A DNA stretch of 64,000 bases from Escherichia phage vB_EcoM_Shinka, in sequence record MZ502379.1. The stretch is one strand, 5' to 3'. A program made the translations under genes and the position numbers. This document shows, piece by piece, positions 56,197 to 64,000 of the stretch (its first letter is position 1; every line of letters begins with the position of its first letter). Below the pieces are notes generated by a model, which was not told the origin of the DNA, searched no databases, and saw nothing but the letters and a program-made list of their open reading frames with translations.

Positions 56197-56979
56197 ATGG
56201 CAGTAGTTGGTGTTCCCGGTTGGATTGGAAGTTCATCCGTAAATGAAACGGGTCAGCGCTGGATGAGTCAAGCGGCTGGTCAATTAAGATTGGGTGTTCC
56301 TTGCTGGATGAGTCAATTTGCAGGTCGCTCACGAGAAATAATTCACACGCTTGGAGCAGACCATAACTTCAATGGTCAATGGTTCCGAGATAGATGTTTT
56401 GAGGCAGGTAGTGCACCTATAGTGTTTAATATCAATGGAGATTTAGTATCATATTCTAAAGATGTTCCTTTATTCTTCATGTATGGAGATACACCCAATG
56501 AATATGTTCAGTTGAATATACACGGCGTAACGATGTATGGTCGTGGCGGTAATGGCGGTAGCAATAGTCCTGGCTCAGCTGGGGGTCATTGTATTCAAAA
56601 TGATATTGGTGGGAGACTAAGAATTAATAATGGCGGAGCTATTGCAGGCGGCGGTGGCGGCGGTGGCGGCGGATATTATTCTCCTTTTTCACAAATGAGA
56701 TTGACCTTTGGCGGCGGCGGTGGGCGTCCGTTTGGTGCACCTGGCGGATCTATTGATATGCAATCAGGAGCGACTGGCGGTACTATTTCTGCACCTGGCT
56801 CAGGATCCGTGAATGGTATCTATAATGGTGGAAACGGTGGTGAAGTAGGTTCCGCGGGAGGTAGATGCAATATTCGCGGTCAAGGATCTGAATATAATGG
56901 CGGCGATGCTGGTTATGCCGTCATAGGGTCCGCTCCAACGTGGATAAATGTTGGAGCAATATATGGTCCAAGAGTATAA
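56197..56979 (+). CDS. 38: Receptor-binding adhesin gp38, T2/T6 type with glycine-rich motifs
   Basis: 260 aa from ATG at 56197 (SD GGAG upstream; track start is TTG at 56185); several Gly-rich blocks separated by variable segments. Confidence 0.85.
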   Translation: MAVVGVPGWIGSSSVNETGQRWMSQAAGQLRLGVPCWMSQFAGRSREIIHTLGADHNFNGQWFRDRCFEAGSAPIVFNINGDLVSYSKDVPLFFMYGDTPNEYVQLNIHGVTMYGRGGNGGSNSPGSAGGHCIQNDIGGRLRINNGGAIAGGGGGGGGGYYSPFSQMRLTFGGGGGRPFGAPGGSIDMQSGATGGTISAPGSGSVNGIYNGGNGGEVGSAGGRCNIRGQGSEYNGGDAGYAVIGSAPTWINVGAIYGPRV

Positions 56980-57009
56980 TTTGAATAAATATCCTTAAAA
57001 GGAGGGTCT

Positions 57010-57666
57010 ATGGCAGCACCTAAAATATCATTTTCGCCCTCTGATATTCTGTTTGGTGTTCTAGATCGCTTGTTCAAAGATAACGCTACCGGGAAAGTTC
57101 TTGCTTCCCGGGTAGCTGTCGTAATTCTTTTATTTATGATGGCGATTGTTTGGTATAGGGGAGATAGTTTCTTTGAGTACTATAAGCAATCAAAGTATGA
57201 AACATACAGTGAAATTATTGAAAAGGAAAGAAATGCACGCTTTGAATCTGTCGCCCTGGAACAACTCCAGATAGTTCACATATCATCTGAGGCAGACTTT
57301 AGTGCGGTGTATTCTTTCCGCCCTAAAAACTTAAACTATTTTGTTGATATTATAGCATACGAAGGAAAATTACCTTCAACAATAAGTGAAAAATCACTTG
57401 GAGGATATCCTGTTGATAAAACTATGGATGAATATACAGTTCATTTAAATGGACGTCATTATTATTCCAATTCAAAATTTGCTTTTTTACCAACTAAAAA
57501 GCCTACTCCCGAAATAAACTACATGTACAGTTGTCCATATTTTAATTTGGATAATATCTATGCTGGAACGATAACCATGTACTGGTATAGAAATGATCAT
57601 ATAAGTAATGACCGCCTTGAATCAATATGTGCTCAGGCGGCCAGAATATTAGGAAGGGCTAAATAA
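57010..57666 (+). CDS. t: Holin T
   Basis: 218 aa; single N-terminal TM; recognised T4 T sequence. Confidence 0.9.
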   Translation: MAAPKISFSPSDILFGVLDRLFKDNATGKVLASRVAVVILLFMMAIVWYRGDSFFEYYKQSKYETYSEIIEKERNARFESVALEQLQIVHISSEADFSAVYSFRPKNLNYFVDIIAYEGKLPSTISEKSLGGYPVDKTMDEYTVHLNGRHYYSNSKFAFLPTKKPTPEINYMYSCPYFNLDNIYAGTITMYWYRNDHISNDRLESICAQAARILGRAK

Positions 57667-57939
57667 TTATTTGTTCGTATACATTTCTAGATATCGATAT
57701 ACACCCTCAAAACCCTCGTTGAATTCGTCGATGAGGGTTTTCTTATCTTCCTGAGTTAATTCAGAAACAATTTTACGAAATGAATTCTGATTTAACTTTC
57801 TACCTTCATGCGTTACTCCAATCTCATTAAGAAATGCAATAAAATTAGCACGATTCTCAACAATATCTTCTCTGGAAAATTTAATCAAAATAGATGCAAC
57901 AGTAATAATTTCACGAACTGTATCAATGTTTTTATTCAT
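57667..57939 (-). CDS. asiA: Anti-sigma70 factor AsiA
   Basis: 90 aa, recognised T4 AsiA (MNKNIDTVREIITVASILIKFSREDIVENRANFIAFLNEIGV...). Confidence 0.9.
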   Translation of the reverse strand: MNKNIDTVREIITVASILIKFSREDIVENRANFIAFLNEIGVTHEGRKLNQNSFRKIVSELTQEDKKTLIDEFNEGFEGVYRYLEMYTNK

Positions 57940-58100
57940 TAACTATACCACTCAATTAGTTGACTTTGTTATAATATCATCAGACGCTTGATTTGTAAAC
58001 TGGTCTGTGTTATTTTCTTCAAAAATTTTTTCTACGAATTCCTTGAACGACTCGCGTTCCTGAGCTACATTATGCTCGATTACCTTTTCAAGATTATGAC

Positions 58101-58379
58101 TCATTCGAAATAATCTTCAATTTCGTAATCATGGACATAAATCATTATAGTTTCTAATACATCATCAATACTTTTTCCTGGAGCTGGAATTACGTAAAAA
58201 TATCCTGCTTTTGAGAGGTCTTTATAAGTTCCAATCAAGAAATCATTATTCTCAAGATGTAGTTCTTCAACTAATTCATTAACAATTGAGTGGTATAAAT
58301 TTGGTAGAAACTTATATAGCTTTTCTAGAATATCAATTTTAATTGTGTATTGAACCACGGACTGAGAATCAATAATCAT
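58101..58379 (-). CDS. arn: Arn anti-restriction (McrBC inhibitor)-like protein
   Basis: 92 aa, acidic; size and position between asiA and motA. Confidence 0.55.
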   Translation of the reverse strand: MIIDSQSVVQYTIKIDILEKLYKFLPNLYHSIVNELVEELHLENNDFLIGTYKDLSKAGYFYVIPAPGKSIDDVLETIMIYVHDYEIEDYFE

Positions 58380-58456
58380 AGACCTTCCCCTTATGTTTCT
58401 GTTTGCGATTAGATTCTTTAAACGCTTTCTTCTTATCCTTATGGACAGAAGCTTTA

Positions 58457-58681
58457 TTAAAATTGTGTTTTGCGACTAAATTGTTCATAGTGCTGAATTA
58501 CCTCTCTCAAACACTTGCATGTGAATGAAAACTTTTTAGCTACACCACATTCAAATATATGTTCTCTTAAATCGCGTGTATCGGTATATCCCATCTCAAC
58601 AATAAAATGCCGTATTAGATTTTTATCTTTATCATTGAGAGAATTAAAATAATCAGATTTTGAATTAATTTCCCTGGCCAA
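58457..58681 (-). CDS. Hypothetical protein
   Basis: 74-aa ORF in track. Confidence 0.4.
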   Translation of the reverse strand: MAREINSKSDYFNSLNDKDKNLIRHFIVEMGYTDTRDLREHIFECGVAKKFSFTCKCLREVIQHYEQFSRKTQF

Positions 58682-58961
58682 ATTGAATCACCTTCAGTTG
58701 ACGTTTTAGTTCTTTTATCATTTCTTCGTTCATCGCAATATAAAGATCGCGTAAAGCAGGTTTTAACATTCCATTTACTGGAGAACTAAATGGACATACA
58801 TAATCTTTTCCTACGAGCTTTTTGGTGAATTCCATATCACAGAACTGAAATGCCGGTTCATTGGCATAAATTCCCCAATTAGTTGACATCATTTTATTGG
58901 CATATTCCAACGCCTGGATTTGATTCTTAATTCCATCAATTTGAAACTTTTTAATATTCAT
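58665..58961 (-). CDS. Hypothetical protein
   Basis: 98-aa ORF in track. Confidence 0.4.
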   Translation of the reverse strand: MNIKKFQIDGIKNQIQALEYANKMMSTNWGIYANEPAFQFCDMEFTKKLVGKDYVCPFSSPVNGMLKPALRDLYIAMNEEMIKELKRQLKVIQFGQGN

Positions 58962-59422
58962 TAGTAAAGGTCCTCAGAGTAAAGTTCTTTTTCACTACCA
59001 CCGCGTTCAATACGTACTTGTCCGGCGTAAGTTGCAATAATCATTGCTTCTTCACGTGTCCAGTAATTGCTATACTGATCAATAAACCCTTGGTCATCAT
59101 CACAAACTTGCTGAGTAACTAATTGGGGTTTAACTACATCTAAAACTTCTGCCATATCTTTAGAATAATGACGAGCACCTGGAATAATAAGAGTTCGTCC
59201 ATCTTTTAATTTAAAGCGATTTGCTGCGCAAACAATTCGTCGTTGATACTTTTGATTTTCATCCCAGTACGCAGTCTGCCAACAGATTTCAGGAACTTCA
59301 TCTAAAACATTTTGTTCTGTATATTCACCACCGTAAGAAGCTAATTTAGCAGCCAGACTTTCCGGAGTCTCACGCGACAAAGCTTTATCTAACAGAGCTA
59401 AACGTTCTTTAAAAGTTTTCAT
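58961..59422 (-). CDS. Hypothetical protein
   Basis: 153-aa ORF in track. Confidence 0.45.
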   Translation of the reverse strand: MKTFKERLALLDKALSRETPESLAAKLASYGGEYTEQNVLDEVPEICWQTAYWDENQKYQRRIVCAANRFKLKDGRTLIIPGARHYSKDMAEVLDVVKPQLVTQQVCDDDQGFIDQYSNYWTREEAMIIATYAGQVRIERGGSEKELYSEDLY

Positions 59423-59748
59423 TTAAACCATCCTTTAATACGTTGCCACAAAGTTTTCTGTTGAGCTTTGTTAACACCAATTGAGCGAATAACTGGTTGA
59501 GATTCCTGGAATTCTTTATAATCAGCAAGGTAAATTTCGTAAGCTGAATCCGTAAAGGAACTTATAGCTGCCATGAAATTATTGCGAATACCTACTGGAG
59601 CATCTTTACTTTCACGAATAATCATGTATTTGCCAGTCTTAATCTTTACGATAGTTCCAAGATAAGCTCCGTGGTACCAGATATCCCACCCCTCTTGAGT
59701 GGGTTCTGCGCAACGACGAAGTTCATTGATAATTTCTAACTTGTTCAT
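59419..59748 (-). CDS. Hypothetical protein
   Basis: 109-aa ORF in track. Confidence 0.45.
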   Translation of the reverse strand: MNKLEIINELRRCAEPTQEGWDIWYHGAYLGTIVKIKTGKYMIIRESKDAPVGIRNNFMAAISSFTDSAYEIYLADYKEFQESQPVIRSIGVNKAQQKTLWQRIKGWFK

Positions 59749-59758
59749 TATTTATTCC

Positions 59759-60394
59759 TCACAGTTCAGATGCTACGGTGATTACAGCTTCAATGTTTTC
59801 TGCCGAGCGTTTAATGTCAAGATACACATTACCGTTTTTAGCGATTTTACATGACATTCCGATATCAGTAAATTTCTGAATATGATGTTCCATCATTTTG
59901 TATCCAAAAATTCGCATATTTCCATTGTTGTTAATTTCAAAATTACGAATTCCGTGAGTGCGTTTTTCTAAAATAGCGAGATAATTACTACGATAAGTTT
60001 CAACCTTTTTAAGAACAAATCCATTTTCATCTAAAAGTTTTAACATGAGGTCTTTATCTTCTTCCATATCAGAAGTAATCTCACGAGCTTTACGAGTTGC
60101 TCGTTTTTTCAGCAGTTCCGGAGCATTTTCCTGTGCGTATAAAGTTGCTGCATTTGAAATAATATCCTGAGCTTCACCAGTAATGATTAATCCATCACCA
60201 GATTTCTCCACCAGGCCTTTTTTAATCAATACCCCAATATTACTATTAACTACTGCGTTACCTAAATCTGGATGCACCTCACGAACTTCTGCAGCTGTAA
60301 TGAAATCTTTCTTAGCAATGGTAATTAAAATCGCAGCAGTTTTTTCATTCAGAACATCGTTAGAAGCTTTGATGATGTAAGTTACTTTAGACAT
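59759..60394 (-). CDS. motA: Middle-transcription activator MotA
   Basis: 211 aa as in T4. Confidence 0.85.
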   Translation of the reverse strand: MSKVTYIIKASNDVLNEKTAAILITIAKKDFITAAEVREVHPDLGNAVVNSNIGVLIKKGLVEKSGDGLIITGEAQDIISNAATLYAQENAPELLKKRATRKAREITSDMEEDKDLMLKLLDENGFVLKKVETYRSNYLAILEKRTHGIRNFEINNNGNMRIFGYKMMEHHIQKFTDIGMSCKIAKNGNVYLDIKRSAENIEAVITVASEL

Positions 60395-60432
60395 TTTCTA
60401 ATCTCCGTAATTCTGTATCAGTAGTTGATAGT

Positions 60433-60465
60433 TGTATAGTACCACAGTATGCTTTGGTTGTAAAC
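60433..60465 (-). promoter_or_regulatory. T4-type early promoter upstream of motA
   Basis: Minus strand GTTTAC ... TATAGT-like with A-rich upstream element. Confidence 0.45.
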
Positions 60466-60490
60466 CGTTTTGTGAAAAAAATTTTTAAAA

Positions 60491-60517
60491 TAAAAAGGGA
60501 GAGCCGAGGCTCTCCCT
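60491..60517 (-). terminator. Terminator
   Basis: Hairpin gggagagccgaggctctccc followed by T-run on minus strand. Confidence 0.5.
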
Positions 60518-60521
60518 AAAA

Positions 60522-60671
60522 TTACTGCATGACTGTGATAACTGTCATGATAACACGTTGAATGCCGAACGCAAGAAGACCTCCTGCTACGGCTGGAACA
60601 ACACCTACCCCCGCTAGTAAAATGCCGCCAGATACTAATGCTGCGCTTGTAATACCTATAAATGGACTCAT
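60522..60671 (-). CDS. Small two-helix membrane protein, 49 aa (below ORF-track cutoff)
   Basis: Hand-translated MSPFIGITSAALVSGGILLAGVGVVPAVAGGLLAFGIQRVIMTVITVMQ; ATG overlaps gene 52 stop as ATGA. Confidence 0.4.
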   Translation of the reverse strand: MSPFIGITSAALVSGGILLAGVGVVPAVAGGLLAFGIQRVIMTVITVMQ

Positions 60672-61996
60672 TTGATTTCCTCTAAATCTTTAGTGTATTC
60701 TGTAACTACATCAGTAGTTTTCCAATATTCGTTTTCTTCTTTCTTAGCTTTAGCTTCTTCAGCAAGTTTCTTTGCTTCATCGGAAGTCATATGAAAAATA
60801 TTCATTCCGACTAGTTTATCAACATAAGAAGAATACATATCAATTTTAGAAAGTTCTTCGGTCAGTTCTTTGCGAGTTTTACCTTGCACAACAATTTCAC
60901 CTGAAATTACTTTCTTAATGAAATGCGCCTTGGCAAAGGCTAAACGAAATGCTGATTCAGTTTCTTTAATTTTGTTATCAATTCGTTTTTGGACATAAGT
61001 TTTACGAACTTCAACGAAGTCTTTGATTAAATCAACTACGTTATCGTAAACTTGCAGCTTTCCTTTCTCATTAATGACTGTAATATTCTGGGAACGACGC
61101 TCAATCAACCCGAAGTCTTTCATGATTTTTGCATGGCGTTCTTCTTCATTATCGCTCAAAGAGTATTCTTTTCGGAATTTAACTTTGAAGCCAAAGCCAT
61201 GCTCACCACAAGCATCATCCCATGTAATGAAGCCTTTATCTTCAAGCGGGTCTAAGATTTTACTCACATAAGTTTCACGATCATACTTATATGGAATCTC
61301 AGTGATATGCATTTGAGTTCGTGAAGTAAACTTATATGTTCCACGAATTTCATATTGCCCATCAATTTCAACGACTTCACCACGAAATTCTGGGAATTCT
61401 ACCTTCGGTTTAGTTACTTTCTTTCCTTGAAGAGCTTGCAGTACAGCTTTCTTGACAGAAGAAACACTATGAGGAAGAATGTAAGTTGCATAACCAGTTG
61501 CAATACCGGAAACGCCATTAAGAAGAACAGTAGGAATAATAGGCAAATAGAAAGCAGGCGGAATGTGTTCTTTATCTTGATGTACTGGAGCATATTCAGT
61601 ATCTTTATATACGTTATAGAAATTTTTACTTACACGAGCAAAAATATAACGACTTGCCGCTGCTTTTTGAACGGTACGAGAACCGAAGTTTCCTTGACCA
61701 TCTAACAGAGGAAAGTTATTATTCCAAGTATTAGCCATCAAAGCACCTGCGTCTTGTGCAGAGTTTTCACCATGATGATATCCAAGGTCTGCTACACCAC
61801 CTGCAATAGAAGCGAGTTTGTGAAACTTATCTTTATTTCCTCGTGCCAAATCAAGAGCTCGAGCAATAACAAATCGTTGAACTGGCTTAAATCCATCAAT
61901 CATATTTGGAATAGCACGATTTTCAACCGTGTACATAGCATAAGCCAATGCTTCATTATCAATGATACTTTTTAAATCACGATTATTCAGTTGCAT
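60668..61996 (-). CDS. 52: DNA topoisomerase II medium subunit gp52
   Basis: 442 aa as in T4. Confidence 0.9.
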   Translation of the reverse strand: MQLNNRDLKSIIDNEALAYAMYTVENRAIPNMIDGFKPVQRFVIARALDLARGNKDKFHKLASIAGGVADLGYHHGENSAQDAGALMANTWNNNFPLLDGQGNFGSRTVQKAAASRYIFARVSKNFYNVYKDTEYAPVHQDKEHIPPAFYLPIIPTVLLNGVSGIATGYATYILPHSVSSVKKAVLQALQGKKVTKPKVEFPEFRGEVVEIDGQYEIRGTYKFTSRTQMHITEIPYKYDRETYVSKILDPLEDKGFITWDDACGEHGFGFKVKFRKEYSLSDNEEERHAKIMKDFGLIERRSQNITVINEKGKLQVYDNVVDLIKDFVEVRKTYVQKRIDNKIKETESAFRLAFAKAHFIKKVISGEIVVQGKTRKELTEELSKIDMYSSYVDKLVGMNIFHMTSDEAKKLAEEAKAKKEENEYWKTTDVVTEYTKDLEEIK

Positions 61997-62000
61997 AAAT

Positions 62001-62141
62001 TTACCATACTAGTGAATGTAGTGCCATAATAACATCAGAAATGAAAAGCACGACTTGAATTAATCCGAACATTATTCCGTAATATAATGCTATCAATAAA
62101 ATAGCAAGGGCTAATGAATAGCCCAAGATTTTCTTAATCAT
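62001..62141 (-). CDS. Small hydrophobic membrane protein, 46 aa; possibly ac by position
   Basis: Hand-translated MIKKILGYSLALAILLIALYYGIMFGLIQVVLFISDVIMALHSLVW. Confidence 0.45.
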   Translation of the reverse strand: MIKKILGYSLALAILLIALYYGIMFGLIQVVLFISDVIMALHSLVW

Positions 62142-62299
62142 TAGTAGATAACAACACAAATGTTAAATATGCACACATACCCTGAGCTAAAGCTTGCGAA
62201 AACACACTGCTGGCATCAATACAGATAGTTAAAACACATGCTACTATCTAACAAATAAATGAAATAACTCCTAATAATTTTGCGATATTCATATTTTCC

Positions 62300-62380
62300 T
62301 CACTGGCGTCCGAAGACGCCTTTAGTTTTAAGATTATTACGATAGAACTGCATCACGTGTTCGTTGTGGAAATTACTCAT
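62300..62380 (-). CDS. stp: Stp peptide (26 aa; activator of host PrrC anticodon nuclease)
   Basis: Hand-translated [26 protein letters not shown] matches T4 Stp as I recall it; below ORF-track cutoff. Confidence 0.75.
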
Positions 62381-62838
62381 TAATACGCCTGCAAAACGAA
62401 TTTAAAATTATCAGCCAACATACGGTTCATTTCTTCAAGTGTTTGATACTCAGAATGATGATTACGAGTAAACGCTAAAGCTAACTGTCCTTTTCCAAAT
62501 CCCGTCGTCAGAGGTTTCATCTTAGAAGCAGGCAGATAAAATACTGTGTATACCATATTGTTATTTGCAATAGTACGTGCAAGCTGAGACCGACGTTGAC
62601 GAATATGACTTAGAACCGCACTGAATCCTTGCTTAGAACGCTGATTACCTACATAAAATCGTGCAGACACACATGGATTACTAAATGGACGACCATCTAA
62701 TTTACTTACTAAAAAGTAAAATCCAGGTTTAGATAAAATGTCTTTATGCGGAGTTCCCAAAAACCATTCACCGCCCTTGATTGTGCCAATAACAGTAGCG
62801 CCTGCATTATTCAGATCAGTAACAGTCATGTATTTCAT
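62380..62838 (-). CDS. Probable nucleoid disruption protein Ndd (size and position)
   Basis: 152 aa from MKYMTV with SD GAGGAA; track ORF extends 16 codons upstream; lies after ac and stp as in T4. Confidence 0.6.
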
Positions 62839-62898
62839 ATTAATTTCCTCTAAATTATTTTCTACTCCAAGGCCGCATGAATACACGCGGCCATTAAA

Positions 62899-63114
62899 TT
62901 AATCGTCGCAGTCGACGCTCAATTCCCAAAACTCTTCTACGGTATAAGTTTCAGTATCATTTTCAATACAGAAACGTTCATTACTGTTATTTGCTAAAGT
63001 AGCGTTAACTGTCATTTTCTCGCTGGTGCTCTTAAGAGGTGAAATACGAATTAACTGATCACCACTATCCAAGCAAAAAATTTCGCCAACTTTTACATCT
63101 TTAAAAATTTTCAT
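62899..63114 (-). CDS. Hypothetical protein
   Basis: 71-aa ORF in track. Confidence 0.4.
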   Translation of the reverse strand: MKIFKDVKVGEIFCLDSGDQLIRISPLKSTSEKMTVNATLANNSNERFCIENDTETYTVEEFWELSVDCDD

Positions 63115-63229
63115 AATTCACCTCAGGGAGTATAAAATCCAAATGCAGTTGTTGACCATCCCATCCAATATGGGAAATTTGCACCAATGTAAAACATAAG
63201 AATATAAAACCAACCACTCAGCAAATTCA

Positions 63230-63448
63230 TCATTTTACACCATTCCAAATTGTTTCAACCACGGATTTTAAACCATTTTGATGAATATCCATTCCGACTA
63301 CCGTCATCAAATAAATTCCAACTACAACTGAACCTAAGGCAAAAATCAGCATGAAAATGAATAAAGCCGGAAAAATATTATCGAAAAACCATTCAATAAA
63401 TGTAAACGCAGTGCTTTTACGCTTCATATTTTCCTCACATAAATCCAA
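63230..63448 (-). CDS. Hypothetical membrane protein
   Basis: 72-aa ORF, hydrophobic helix. Confidence 0.4.
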   Translation of the reverse strand: MDLCEENMKRKSTAFTFIEWFFDNIFPALFIFMLIFALGSVVVGIYLMTVVGMDIHQNGLKSVVETIWNGVK

Positions 63449-63683
63449 AGTAAACGTTTAATACATCAATCATTAAAACGATTGGGAATATACTCAAAAC
63501 TATTAGTATTATAACTACATTCCATATAGCTTTAACAATCTTTTTCATTTTCTGTTCCTCCGTAGTTGATAGGGTAATAGTACCACGGAAGAACAGTCTT
63601 GTAAACAACTTTTTTAAAAATATTCGTAATAAATGTGAATACCAATCACTACTGCCGAAACTTGTGCAACCCACCATGCACAC
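63435..63683 (-). CDS. Hypothetical membrane protein
   Basis: 82-aa ORF, hydrophobic C-terminal helix. Confidence 0.4.
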   Translation of the reverse strand: MCMVGCTSFGSSDWYSHLLRIFLKKLFTRLFFRGTITLSTTEEQKMKKIVKAIWNVVIILIVLSIFPIVLMIDVLNVYFGFM

Positions 63684-63791
63684 GCAATAAGTACAGAATT
63701 CAAAATTTTCATAATAACCTCATCACAAAAGTAAATGTTAAACAAATTACTGGAATACTAATTAACCAAACAAAACACCAACATAATGAAC

Positions 63792-63998
63792 TCATAGTTC
63801 AATCTCAACGATTTCCAAGTGTTTTTGTTTTATTGCCTTTTTAACACAATCATGGACTAAATATGACCATGAATCATTATATTCTCCATTAACTAATCGT
63901 TGGAGATCTTCACGTGATGATAAGTAAGGTTGATCTGATTCCCATTTTGATAAAAATACTGCAGTAAAAATATCTTCTTCATCTGTAGTTGAAGTCGT
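63792..63998 (-). CDS. Hypothetical protein, C-terminal part (start outside window)
   Basis: Minus-strand frame open from window edge to stop at about 63792. Confidence 0.35.
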   Translation of the reverse strand, partial: TTSTTDEEDIFTAVFLSKWESDQPYLSSREDLQRLVNGEYNDSWSYLVHDCVKKAIKQKHLEIVEIEL

Positions 63999-64000
63999 AA

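Noticed and set aside
57940-58104. About 51-aa minus-strand ORF between arn and asiA
   Set aside because: My hand translation was inconsistent by one nucleotide with the ORF-track frame of arn in this region, so I could not place it reliably.
62142-62299. 14-aa ORF (MNIAKLLGVISFIC) with SD between ac-like ORF and stp
   Set aside because: Too short and unconserved to call; the adjacent hairpin ggcgtccgaagacgcc lies within the 3' end of stp rather than marking a separate gene.

Overview
This 64-kb window is a contiguous segment of a T-even (T4-like, Tevenvirinae) coliphage genome, colinear with T4 from the 3' end of gene 20 to the ndd region. In order it carries head genes (67, 68, 21, 22, 23, 24), rnlB/hoc/inh, uvsW/uvsY, the baseplate hub/tube block (25, 26, 51, 27, 28, 29, 48, 54), a long minus-strand early block (two Alt-like ADP-ribosyltransferases, DNA ligase, 30.x ORFs, gp31, dCMP deaminase, polynucleotide kinase, spanins, alc, RNA ligase 1, EndoII, NrdB, NrdA, intron-split td, DHFR, gp32, gp59, gp33, DsbA, RNase H), the long-tail-fibre genes 34-38 with holin t, and asiA/arn/motA/52/ac/stp/ndd. 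It is not T4 itself: the T4 homing-endonuclease genes are absent from their canonical sites, nrdB is intronless, and gp38 is the glycine-rich T2/T6 adhesin type. I found no new defence or anti-defence system; most of the window is well-understood T-even biology. The observations most worth a second look are: (1) alc disrupted by a perfect 127-bp tandem duplication; (2) a td group I intron that has lost nearly all of its endonuclease ORF; (3) a 68-codon ORF inserted at the frd/td junction; (4) two tandem Alt-like ADP-ribosyltransferase paralogs behind a late promoter; (5) an exact 54-bp early promoter/leader repeated 16 kb apart; (6) a NADAR/YbiA-like ORF in the gene 30 cluster; (7) uvsW split into two ORFs. 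Gene identities rest on my recognition of T4 protein sequences, sizes and gene order; no database search was run. Coordinates taken from the ORF track are exact; hand-derived ones (small ORFs, promoters, hairpins, intron) may be off by 1-2 nt.
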